From the IMG/VR virus record IMGVR_UViG_3300027608_000010: DNA of 64,000 nt. One strand, written 5' to 3'. The position numbers were made by a program, and so were the translations under genes. Positions within the stretch are counted from its first letter, which is position 1, and every line of letters begins with the position of its first letter. The notes beneath the pieces are model-generated. The model was not told where the DNA came from, made no database searches, and was given only the letters and a program-made list of their open reading frames with translations. Shown piece by piece: positions 24,044 through 32,048 of the stretch. This stretch comes from a virus. Lineage: Duplodnaviria; Caudoviricetes.

Positions 24044-25083
24044 CTACTGAACTCCTTGCTTACTGTATCATATAACATTAAATTATTATTAATAAGAGCA
24101 TCCCTCAATATAACCTGATGTATCAGTGGACTTATTGGTTTGCCGGGTAAAAGATCAGCCCATGCTTCTGTTTGCATTTCGTTTAAATCAACTGTGGTTA
24201 CGTCTGGCCATTGTATTAATTTAATATAAATGCCATTCACTATTACTGGATAATGAGCACGAATTCCGCTTTCTTCGTCTGTTGCAAAAGACCATTGATT
24301 TTTATCAGCAATGACTTTCACTCCGGAAACTAATTGGCTTAGGTATATCTGTGGTTCGTCTGGGTTTCTACCTATATCTGCACCAACTCTTATTCTAAAC
24401 CTATCACATTTACTTGGATAGAATTCTTGTATCTCTTGCAAGCAATACTCTAACTGATCTAAACCTTCTAAGGTGTAACTTATATTTTTAATAGTCAATC
24501 CTAATTTCAAACAATTCTCAATACCTTGCATTTGTTTATCTCTAACACGATGTCCTTGATAATCTGGATGATTAAGGCCAATAGTCCAACTTATATTATC
24601 AAATTTAACAAATTTTTCTGCATATTCAATCTTAGCTAGATTTACACCATTAGTCAGTATTACGATATGTCTGGGTCTCCCGGGTATTGATTGAATTGCT
24701 TCAATCAACTTATCCAAATCTTTTCTAACGGTTGGCTCAGCACCTGCTAAAGAAATCCTATATCCATCATCTTCCCATGAAGATATTTGACTCACTATAT
24801 AATCAATCGGCAGATCACTGCTCTTGTTATTAGGAATTTGATAGCAATGTGGGCATGTTAAATTACATCTGTTAGTTACTTCAATGAAATAAGTAGAAAG
24901 AGGAAACTTTGTGTAATTGTAATTAATATAAAACTCAGCGTTTGGTTCAACTAATCTTTCTACATATCCATGCTTAGAACATGTTTTACCCAACCAAACG
25001 GATCCGTCTCTTTCAAATTTAATAGCAGGAATGTGTCTGTAACAGTACTCACACAAAGAAACGGTATCATTAATTTTATGCAT
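24040..25083 (-). CDS. radical SAM protein with MJ0619/Tes-like N-terminal Zn motif
   Basis: SLCEYCYRHIPA...KTCSKHG, then CNLTCPHC and AGAEPT. Confidence 0.88.
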   Translation of the reverse strand: MHKINDTVSLCEYCYRHIPAIKFERDGSVWLGKTCSKHGYVERLVEPNAEFYINYNYTKFPLSTYFIEVTNRCNLTCPHCYQIPNNKSSDLPIDYIVSQISSWEDDGYRISLAGAEPTVRKDLDKLIEAIQSIPGRPRHIVILTNGVNLAKIEYAEKFVKFDNISWTIGLNHPDYQGHRVRDKQMQGIENCLKLGLTIKNISYTLEGLDQLEYCLQEIQEFYPSKCDRFRIRVGADIGRNPDEPQIYLSQLVSGVKVIADKNQWSFATDEESGIRAHYPVIVNGIYIKLIQWPDVTTVDLNEMQTEAWADLLPGKPISPLIHQVILRDALINNNLMLYDTVSKEFSR

Positions 25084-25088
25084 CGAAT

Positions 25089-25095
25089 TATTTAT
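25089..25095 (-). promoter_or_regulatory. T4-like late-promoter motif at a divergent junction
   Basis: ATAAATA 5 nt upstream of ATG 25083; GATAAAT on the plus strand precedes ATG 25109. Confidence 0.45.
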
Positions 25096-25108
25096 GATAA
25101 ATTCTTGT

Positions 25109-25801
25109 ATGGAAGAAAAATTCGCATACTACTACAATAATGTCCCAAACATAGGACCATGCCGAAATAATTTAATTTATACAAGTTTGATAAGTGAGGA
25201 TAAGAGAACGTTCTGCCTATGGTATTATAATGATGGGGTATATCATAAAGGACAGAATCAAGTTGTCGATCCATCCAAGATGGAAGAAAAATGGTTACGG
25301 GAAATAAAGTATAATACTCTAATGAATGAGATGTATCCTGACTTAGTTCCACAAATAAAGAACATTGATTACGAGAAAAGAAAGTTATACTTAGAGATAG
25401 ACGGACCAGACTTCTGGGAACTTGCAGGATGCGACCATAATAACTTTGATAGCGTACTATCTGATTGGCAAGATCAAATGCTGAACATTATTGTAGCGCA
25501 TAAAAGTTTGAATTTACACAAATATAGTATGCACCCGTCGAGTTACTTTATTGTCGATGGAAAATTAAAGAGCATTAACTATTTCTTTACATATCATAAA
25601 GAGGAATTAAATATCAGTATAAAAGATGTTGAGAGCCATATATACATCACACGTCAGGATGAAATGCGTAAGCATTTATCGTCATTAGGAATTGAATGGG
25701 ATATTCCACAGTCTTGGGCAACATTAGATAAATTATGCTGGGAAAGTTTCAGGACTAACTACCCAGCTGAGTTCATTGAGAAAGTAAGATGTATACTATA
25801 A
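25109..25801 (+). CDS. degenerate kinase-like fold protein (paralog of 18379-19071)
   Basis: WLREIKY...LVPQIKNIDYEKRKLYLEIDG aligns by eye with 18379-19071; start 25109 inferred. Confidence 0.45.
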   Translation: MEEKFAYYYNNVPNIGPCRNNLIYTSLISEDKRTFCLWYYNDGVYHKGQNQVVDPSKMEEKWLREIKYNTLMNEMYPDLVPQIKNIDYEKRKLYLEIDGPDFWELAGCDHNNFDSVLSDWQDQMLNIIVAHKSLNLHKYSMHPSSYFIVDGKLKSINYFFTYHKEELNISIKDVESHIYITRQDEMRKHLSSLGIEWDIPQSWATLDKLCWESFRTNYPAEFIEKVRCIL

Positions 25802-26349
25802 AACCATGGACTCCTGAGTTAGATTTAACTGAGTTTTATATTGAAGCAACTAAGCGTGGGTTCACTAATAATTCATCTGAACGAATGCTTGTGAGTTCGT
25901 TTGCTAATGAAAGAGAGAAACAAGTTTGGATATTGTATTATAAAGAGATTGCTTTGGGTAGCGTGGCCGCACATAGTTTCCCTGAGATGGGTGAGAATGC
26001 ATATAGAATAGCCGCAAGAACTTGTGTCTTTACTGATTTATTACCCGGAGTTTACGGTACCTCATTAAGAACTATCAGTGTAATTACTAAATTACAAAAT
26101 CCAACCGCACAATTCTTAATTCCTGCATGTATTGATTGGGCACCAAAAGGATCTGAATTGTATATAACAAGTAATCAAAGTAACATAGGAACACAAAGAG
26201 GAGTTCATAATGTGTTTGGTCCTGCTATGGAAAGAAAAGAATTAATGAAAAGAATAAAGGATATAGAATATAGAGGTCATACTCAAACAATATGGCAACT
26301 GTATCCTGACAGATTTTTAGAAGAATTGAGAAAGCATAAAAAATGGTAA
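25789..26349 (+). CDS. hypothetical protein, possibly GNAT-like
   Basis: 186-aa ORF coupled to its neighbours; beta-strand pattern WILYY...LGSVAAH is only suggestive. Confidence 0.6.
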   Translation: MYTIKPWTPELDLTEFYIEATKRGFTNNSSERMLVSSFANEREKQVWILYYKEIALGSVAAHSFPEMGENAYRIAARTCVFTDLLPGVYGTSLRTISVITKLQNPTAQFLIPACIDWAPKGSELYITSNQSNIGTQRGVHNVFGPAMERKELMKRIKDIEYRGHTQTIWQLYPDRFLEELRKHKKW

Positions 26350-27776
26350 AATTTAATCAAATAAAAAAGAAGTCAATCGTATGTTGTATTATGGACAACA
26401 GGCATACCTATTCTAGCGGGTGGGCTACAGAAATTTCTAATAATGTTTCTGATTTTTTAGTACACAGATTCATTCAAAAAGAATTTGATGTATTTATTGG
26501 ATCAAATGAAGATATGTTATTGAGAGAATCATCAACCGACGATTACGAATATGCTGTTGTAATTGCCGGCGGAACAAGTTTTGGATTAAGTGATAGAATA
26601 TTTGGTGCGATTGAACAAATATGCACTAAAGAATTTTTCATTGCTGGGCATATACTTGACAGGAATGATCATTATCATTACCAAGATGGCTACTACGAAT
26701 TGCATCATCAGTTTTATATAGTAAACTTAAAGGAATACAAAGAGTTAAACTATCCTGTTATTGGTATACCTGACAATAGTTTACATATTCAAATAGAACC
26801 TATACGTAGTGAAAACTGTTTGTATGATGACAATAAAATTGCTGAATGGATTAAACCGGGTACAGTTGAAAAGACCTATAATCAAAAACTACATGGATGG
26901 AATGTAATTTCAATTGCACTTGCTAATAACAAAACTCTGATTGATCTGGGTCCGGAGATAAGAGATAATAAGAAATATTTTTATTATGAGTATGATCATG
27001 TGTTTTTAAGACAAGTTTCTGAACTGTATTGGTACCAGTTCTTCTGTAATAACTTTTATGCTAGTTGGAACAGTGACGGACTCAGAGAAAACTTTGAGTT
27101 TACTGGGCCAGTAGAACAATATATTACTGTGGGTATAGGAGTATATTGGATAAGCAATCTAATAAAACTAGGGGTTACTCCAAATACTAGAGTAGTGTTT
27201 ACTGATATAAATTACAATTGTCTACAGTTTATGGAGGCAATGGTAAATGAATGGGACGGAAAAGATTACCATGAATTTTATCGTAAACATTTACCAAAAT
27301 TACCTAATAATACTAACAGAGATATCAATGCTTATTTTGAATATACAAAAGTTCAATGGGAAGAATTTGTAAAGAAATACGAAAATTGGGATGAGATGTG
27401 GGCTACTGTCAAGAGTTTAAAATTCGATTATATTCTCATTGACTACATGAGTGGTTATAATCTAGATTGGATCAATGCAGGACAAAAAACATTAATTAAT
27501 TTAAGTGATGTATTCACACATAGTCCATATATTGGTACTCAAAGTTTGAAATTTAGAATCAGTTGTGAGAATAAACTGTTGAATAATATAAAGGAAATAG
27601 ATCCAAATATTAACATATTAATGACTTCCAGAGCAGCCGATAGTTTTCATCCTATAGAGCAACGTTTACAATTTGGTACTGCTGATGCATTTGATTTAAC
27701 TGACATAAATCAGCTTAAAAAACCACCATGGCATTTGATGGATTGGTCAAGTCCTAGAATGTTGGGGATAGGTTAA
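26343..27776 (+). CDS. hypothetical protein, 477 aa
   Basis: Long ORF in the operon; Tyr/Trp-rich; no motif recognised with confidence. Confidence 0.75.
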   Translation: MVKFNQIKKKSIVCCIMDNRHTYSSGWATEISNNVSDFLVHRFIQKEFDVFIGSNEDMLLRESSTDDYEYAVVIAGGTSFGLSDRIFGAIEQICTKEFFIAGHILDRNDHYHYQDGYYELHHQFYIVNLKEYKELNYPVIGIPDNSLHIQIEPIRSENCLYDDNKIAEWIKPGTVEKTYNQKLHGWNVISIALANNKTLIDLGPEIRDNKKYFYYEYDHVFLRQVSELYWYQFFCNNFYASWNSDGLRENFEFTGPVEQYITVGIGVYWISNLIKLGVTPNTRVVFTDINYNCLQFMEAMVNEWDGKDYHEFYRKHLPKLPNNTNRDINAYFEYTKVQWEEFVKKYENWDEMWATVKSLKFDYILIDYMSGYNLDWINAGQKTLINLSDVFTHSPYIGTQSLKFRISCENKLLNNIKEIDPNINILMTSRAADSFHPIEQRLQFGTADAFDLTDINQLKKPPWHLMDWSSPRMLGIG

Positions 27777-28420
27777 CTTGCTATTTCATGTGACAAGTAA
27801 GACCAATTTATATTATCTTTCTTAGAGGACTTTTCCATTAGTGCTTTCCATTCGTCAGTTGAGTCGTGCCTTGCTATTATCAAATGAAATCTATCCTCAT
27901 TGCTGTTATTAAATACTGCATGTGTATAGCTAATATTCATAGCATAAGGCACACCCGGTTCCATATATAAAGTTTCCCCGTCATCTGTCCAATGCCAAAG
28001 ACATTCTTTTGGATTGTTTAATGGTATATTGATATTTTCTAATATTCTATGTTTAGTATCTGAATGAGGACCTATTGAGCCACCTGCTTCAACTAACATT
28101 AGTCTAACTCTACCATATCTTTTACACGGAAATTCATTCAATAAGAAATTCATTATAGTAGGACATTCATGTGCTGCCGGAGTCCATATAAAATTAGTAG
28201 CGGCATCTTCAGCATTTTTATACCCATAATCTTGCCAACTTTCATGTAGATTTTCTCCTAGGCCATACAATGCTAAACCCTTCCAACCCCCGTGGTCTTC
28301 ATCGCCGCGATGTGCTGAAAATCTATGCTTTAGTGCTTGCGCTTCAACAAGCATGGCTTCATGCGGGACAGGAATATCCAATTTAAGGAACTTAGCATCT
28401 GATACAAAATAGTCTTTCAT
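27773..28420 (-). CDS. aspartyl/asparaginyl beta-hydroxylase-like 2OG-Fe(II) oxygenase
   Basis: GRVRLMLVEAGGSIGPHSD...HAVFNNSNEDRFHLII. Confidence 0.82.
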   Translation of the reverse strand: MKDYFVSDAKFLKLDIPVPHEAMLVEAQALKHRFSAHRGDEDHGGWKGLALYGLGENLHESWQDYGYKNAEDAATNFIWTPAAHECPTIMNFLLNEFPCKRYGRVRLMLVEAGGSIGPHSDTKHRILENINIPLNNPKECLWHWTDDGETLYMEPGVPYAMNISYTHAVFNNSNEDRFHLIIARHDSTDEWKALMEKSSKKDNINWSYLSHEIAS

Positions 28421-28453
28421 CCAATATTTATTGCTTTTTATGTTATCTCTAAG

Positions 28454-28460
28454 ATAAATA
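28454..28460 (+). promoter_or_regulatory. T4-like late-promoter motif at a divergent junction
   Basis: ATAAATA before ATG 28485; a mirror ATAAATA on the minus strand at 28425-28431 precedes ATG 28420. Confidence 0.45.
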
Positions 28461-28484
28461 CTAGTAGTTATTTTGGAGAATTAC

Positions 28485-29417
28485 ATGAGTTTATTACAAA
28501 CAATCAAGAAATTAGTTTATCTAGCGCCAGTACGTTGCGGAAGAACTTATTATGAAGTCGCTATTTTAAAAAATACTGACAACATCACTATAAATTTTAC
28601 ACCAACTGATGAGTTTTTAATGTTAGATCCTCGCCGTGAGAATGAAGTTTTTATGCCGGATCATATACATCTATTTGAAAAATGGCAACATATTGGATTA
28701 GCTGTTGGTAGCCTACGTTATTTCTTAAATGAAAATCTTATTTCACACGTATGTAAGAATACCGAACTTGGTGCTGAAATTGTCGTTTTAGAAACGATTG
28801 ACCAAGACTCTTATATAGGTGAAGAAAAGCAAGAAAAACTAAAACATGCTCACCGTACATTTAATTCTGATGTTGTGGTTGACGATATTACTTCAAGTAT
28901 TCTTAATGATTTAATTGAAGAATTCTTAATGACTCACGAAGGATATAATATTACAGTAACTGATCCTGCAGTACGTAAGAAATTAGCAGCCTTATCTGTG
29001 TATTGGGGAAGCGCAGGAGATATCAATGGACATATTCGTCCACCACAAATGGTTACAACTCCTATGATGATAAGCGTTCCACCAGAAAAATTTGATGTTC
29101 ATTATTGGTTTGATATGGGTCAATTATATGCTACTATCGGGTTAACTGCTATTTCCCGAGATTATCAAGTTGCTTATTGTAATGCATTCAATCTATTCGA
29201 TCCAAGAACAGCAAGGGTAGAAGATATATTACACGTAAAATATGGTACATACACTAAAGAAGATGTTATTCCTAGACCGTGGATTTGCATTGGTAAGGCA
29301 CTTGACCCGAGTAAACCACATAATTGGGTAGGGATTGAGAATATATACAATGATGATATGATGCTTTCTTGTATATTGACTACAAAAGATTACGTCAACG
29401 TTACTGAGAATGTATAA
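28485..29417 (+). CDS. nitroreductase-like fold protein with N-terminal extension
   Basis: HAHRTFNSDVVV and FDMGQLYATIGLTAISRDYQVAYCNAF resemble nitroreductase signatures; GGAGA RBS. Confidence 0.5.
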   Translation: MSLLQTIKKLVYLAPVRCGRTYYEVAILKNTDNITINFTPTDEFLMLDPRRENEVFMPDHIHLFEKWQHIGLAVGSLRYFLNENLISHVCKNTELGAEIVVLETIDQDSYIGEEKQEKLKHAHRTFNSDVVVDDITSSILNDLIEEFLMTHEGYNITVTDPAVRKKLAALSVYWGSAGDINGHIRPPQMVTTPMMISVPPEKFDVHYWFDMGQLYATIGLTAISRDYQVAYCNAFNLFDPRTARVEDILHVKYGTYTKEDVIPRPWICIGKALDPSKPHNWVGIENIYNDDMMLSCILTTKDYVNVTENV

Positions 29418-29742
29418 AGTAAATATTACCTCTGTTCGACCTGACAATAATATTGAGTTTTTTAGATATGATTCTGATATGTATGATTATATTGAGGAAA
29501 AGTATGTTCAGACCGGAGACTTAGTATCTTTAAAGATTACTCTATCTGAAGATAAATTTACTGAATATTGTGAAATGATATTTGACAGTAAGCAAATATT
29601 TCGAGAATATATCAAAGATCCTATACTTACATATCAAGAACCTATTAAAGTTCGTTATAATCAACACAATAGAATTGCTGTTTCCATTAATACAAAGCAA
29701 ATAGAAGTTTATAAAGATTTATATAATGTTTATTTACGGTAG
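29410..29742 (+). CDS. hypothetical protein, 110 aa
   Basis: ORF coupled to the upstream gene. Confidence 0.65.
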   Translation: MYKVNITSVRPDNNIEFFRYDSDMYDYIEEKYVQTGDLVSLKITLSEDKFTEYCEMIFDSKQIFREYIKDPILTYQEPIKVRYNQHNRIAVSINTKQIEVYKDLYNVYLR

Positions 29743-30263
29743 CGTTCTATTAATTCATCACTAACATGATCCACGTACATTAATGGTACGTGGTTTTGAT
29801 TTTCTAACACCCATTGAATGGTTTCAGCAATTCTATCAGTATGTATTCTCAATGGATCATCATTGCATGATTGTAATCCACCCACAATTAGATGAGTTGT
29901 TTTAAAATGTTCACTACTTAAACTTAGACTCAAATCACGCAATTGCCGTTTTTCTTCTGCCGCTGTAGGTTCTATCCATTCCCATTGATTAAATTCTATA
30001 ACACTTCCAATATTTATTACATGCCCTGTGGTCCATACTTGTTTAGTATAATTTAATAACTGACGTTGATGGTCACTTTCTAGTTGAGAATGGTTGATGA
30101 ATACCTCATATTCTAATACTAGTTTTTTAAATTTATTTACCCCCTCCTCTGTTGTTAAATCATATCCATTAGACCTAGATATGAATGTTGTGTCGGGGTA
30201 TATTTTTTGCAATGACTGAGCTATACCAAAGCTAGGATTGCCGGTGCATAATATTTTCATCAT
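29730..30263 (-). CDS. short-chain dehydrogenase/reductase-like Rossmann protein
   Basis: KILCTGNPSFGIA nucleotide-binding start, VFINHS, HVINIGS. Confidence 0.65.
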   Translation of the reverse strand: MMKILCTGNPSFGIAQSLQKIYPDTTFISRSNGYDLTTEEGVNKFKKLVLEYEVFINHSQLESDHQRQLLNYTKQVWTTGHVINIGSVIEFNQWEWIEPTAAEEKRQLRDLSLSLSSEHFKTTHLIVGGLQSCNDDPLRIHTDRIAETIQWVLENQNHVPLMYVDHVSDELIERYRK

Positions 30264-30274
30264 GCTAATACTTA

Positions 30275-30282
30275 TATAAATA
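30275..30282 (+). promoter_or_regulatory. T4 late-promoter consensus TATAAATA
   Basis: Exact TATAAATA 4 nt upstream of ATG 30287. Confidence 0.55.
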
Positions 30283-30286
30283 TTTA

Positions 30287-30880
30287 ATGATGGAATTTAA
30301 AATACAACGATTAGATAATGTCGAATTCAATTTTGATGAGTTAGTAGACTACTACCATGACCTTAAAAACTACCATCAAGATATGAAATGGGAACCTCCT
30401 CCGGGAGAATTTGCTGACTTAATTTGTAGTTGGGCAATACAAACTAAAATGAAAAATCCTGATTTACCATGTGATCCTTATCATTTGCCTGATACCGTTA
30501 CTGAAGATTATAATAGTGATTTTAATTCTCCTACTAAATTGGTATTTGGATTTGCTAAAAAAATTATAGAAACTTTTTCGGATATTAAACAAACTGTTAT
30601 CACCGTTCATTATCCTAATACAATATTACCATGGCATATTGATACAGAAGAATATTTGGAAGACCATTATAAAATTCATATACCTATCGAAACTAATACT
30701 CAAAGTTATTTTAGGTATCGTGACGAACAGTTTGTCCTACAAACAGGACATGCATATTTAGTTAATACCGGAATAGAGCATTCAACTGAGAATCGTGGAT
30801 TAACAGAACGTGCTCACTTAATTTTTAAAGTCCCTGTCAGGTATATATCAGAATTACTGAATACCAAATACGTATTATGA
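30287..30880 (+). CDS. aspartyl/asparaginyl beta-hydroxylase-like 2OG-Fe(II) oxygenase
   Basis: LPWHID...KIHIPI...NTGIEHSTENRGLTERAHLIF. Confidence 0.82.
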   Translation: MMEFKIQRLDNVEFNFDELVDYYHDLKNYHQDMKWEPPPGEFADLICSWAIQTKMKNPDLPCDPYHLPDTVTEDYNSDFNSPTKLVFGFAKKIIETFSDIKQTVITVHYPNTILPWHIDTEEYLEDHYKIHIPIETNTQSYFRYRDEQFVLQTGHAYLVNTGIEHSTENRGLTERAHLIFKVPVRYISELLNTKYVL

Positions 30881-31411
30881 CTGAATATCATCTGGTAGAA
30901 CTAACCAACCCAATTTAAATAAATCCTCACGAATCTCGTCAGTTACTTCACCCTCACCCACATACCCAGTACTAATGTTATCCTCAACAGACCCGCCCAT
31001 ATCAATTGAAGTACTTGATATTCCAGAACAATACCAATCCAAATAATCCCCACGTTGAAGAATATCAGCAATTATTCCACCAGCATAACGCCAAGAACAA
31101 TGCCAAGTTTCTCCCTTAAGAATAGGCCACATCTCATTTCTCATGAATTCGTTGTTACATAATGCGGCGTATAGATTTTGAGCATAGACTTCATTCTTGC
31201 ATTTTTCAACAATATAATCACTACTACGTAAATCGTATTCTAAATTGTTTTTCATCCAAGTTTTACTGTCCTCTAATTTTTCTTTATATTCAGCATTCAT
31301 AGTGTACATCTCAATCATTTTCCGTGCTGTGTCATCGTCTGGATTAACCATTAACTTATTCTGCAACGGCAACAGTTTGTTCTTTAATGTGTCGGGGTTT
31401 TTTCGCAACAT
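30875..31411 (-). CDS. hypothetical phage protein
   Basis: YAQNLYAALCNN...WHCSWRYAGGIIAD; start uncertain (31351, 31411 or 31444). Confidence 0.7.
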   Translation of the reverse strand: MLRKNPDTLKNKLLPLQNKLMVNPDDDTARKMIEMYTMNAEYKEKLEDSKTWMKNNLEYDLRSSDYIVEKCKNEVYAQNLYAALCNNEFMRNEMWPILKGETWHCSWRYAGGIIADILQRGDYLDWYCSGISSTSIDMGGSVEDNISTGYVGEGEVTDEIREDLFKLGWLVLPDDIQS

Positions 31412-31979
31412 ATTTAGCTTTCGTATAAAAGACATGATTTCCAATTTGTTTTACTTTATGGTAGGGCCAGTTTGGTTGTATACTTAGATTATGAAAGAAT
31501 AGTGTAGTTTTAGGAACAACATCTTTATATGCATCAAATGCTAGTACGTCATAGGCTACTTGTTTAGCTGTCCTATATCGTGCGGGGTGAATTTTATTTC
31601 TGTTATTCTGACAAACCCAACTGAATTGACACAGTTTAACCTTAATCATTTCTTGTGTTGCTTCATCTAACCGTGTAATCATATTAGTCTGATATACGAC
31701 TTGACACGGAGTATTTGCAAATCCATAACGAATACGATTTAATACTACTCTTGCTACGGCTGCTTGCCCATGGATACTCTCAGAGCCTGCTTCGTAATAA
31801 ATATTGTCGGCTAGGCACTTCAATTGTTTTTCGTCTACTAACTTAACTACTTGTACTGGCTCCTGCGGTACTGGTTGAACCGGCTTTAATAATACACTGG
31901 TTACAATATATACAGGAGTGATAACTATCATGCAGAACATAATTACTTTGGCAATAATTGCAGAGGTAATACTTTCCAT
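31356..31979 (-). CDS. SleB/Hydrolase_2-family cell-wall hydrolase with N-terminal membrane anchor
   Basis: CLADNIYYEAGSE...AVARVVLNR...CQFSW...IGNHVFY. Confidence 0.88.
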   Translation of the reverse strand: MESITSAIIAKVIMFCMIVITPVYIVTSVLLKPVQPVPQEPVQVVKLVDEKQLKCLADNIYYEAGSESIHGQAAVARVVLNRIRYGFANTPCQVVYQTNMITRLDEATQEMIKVKLCQFSWVCQNNRNKIHPARYRTAKQVAYDVLAFDAYKDVVPKTTLFFHNLSIQPNWPYHKVKQIGNHVFYTKAKYVAKKPRHIKEQTVAVAE

Positions 31980-32001
31980 GATATTTCCTTTCTTATGATG
32001 T

Positions 32002-32037
32002 GTATAGCATTATACGCTATACGTGAATTTCCTACAA
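32002..32037 (-). promoter_or_regulatory. sigma70-type promoter whose -10 box lies in the loop of an inverted repeat
   Basis: TTGTAG-17 bp-TATAAT; GTATAGC/GCTATAC flank the -10 box; AAGGA RBS before the hydrolase ATG. Confidence 0.55.
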
Positions 32038-32048
32038 CTGCTTTGGAA

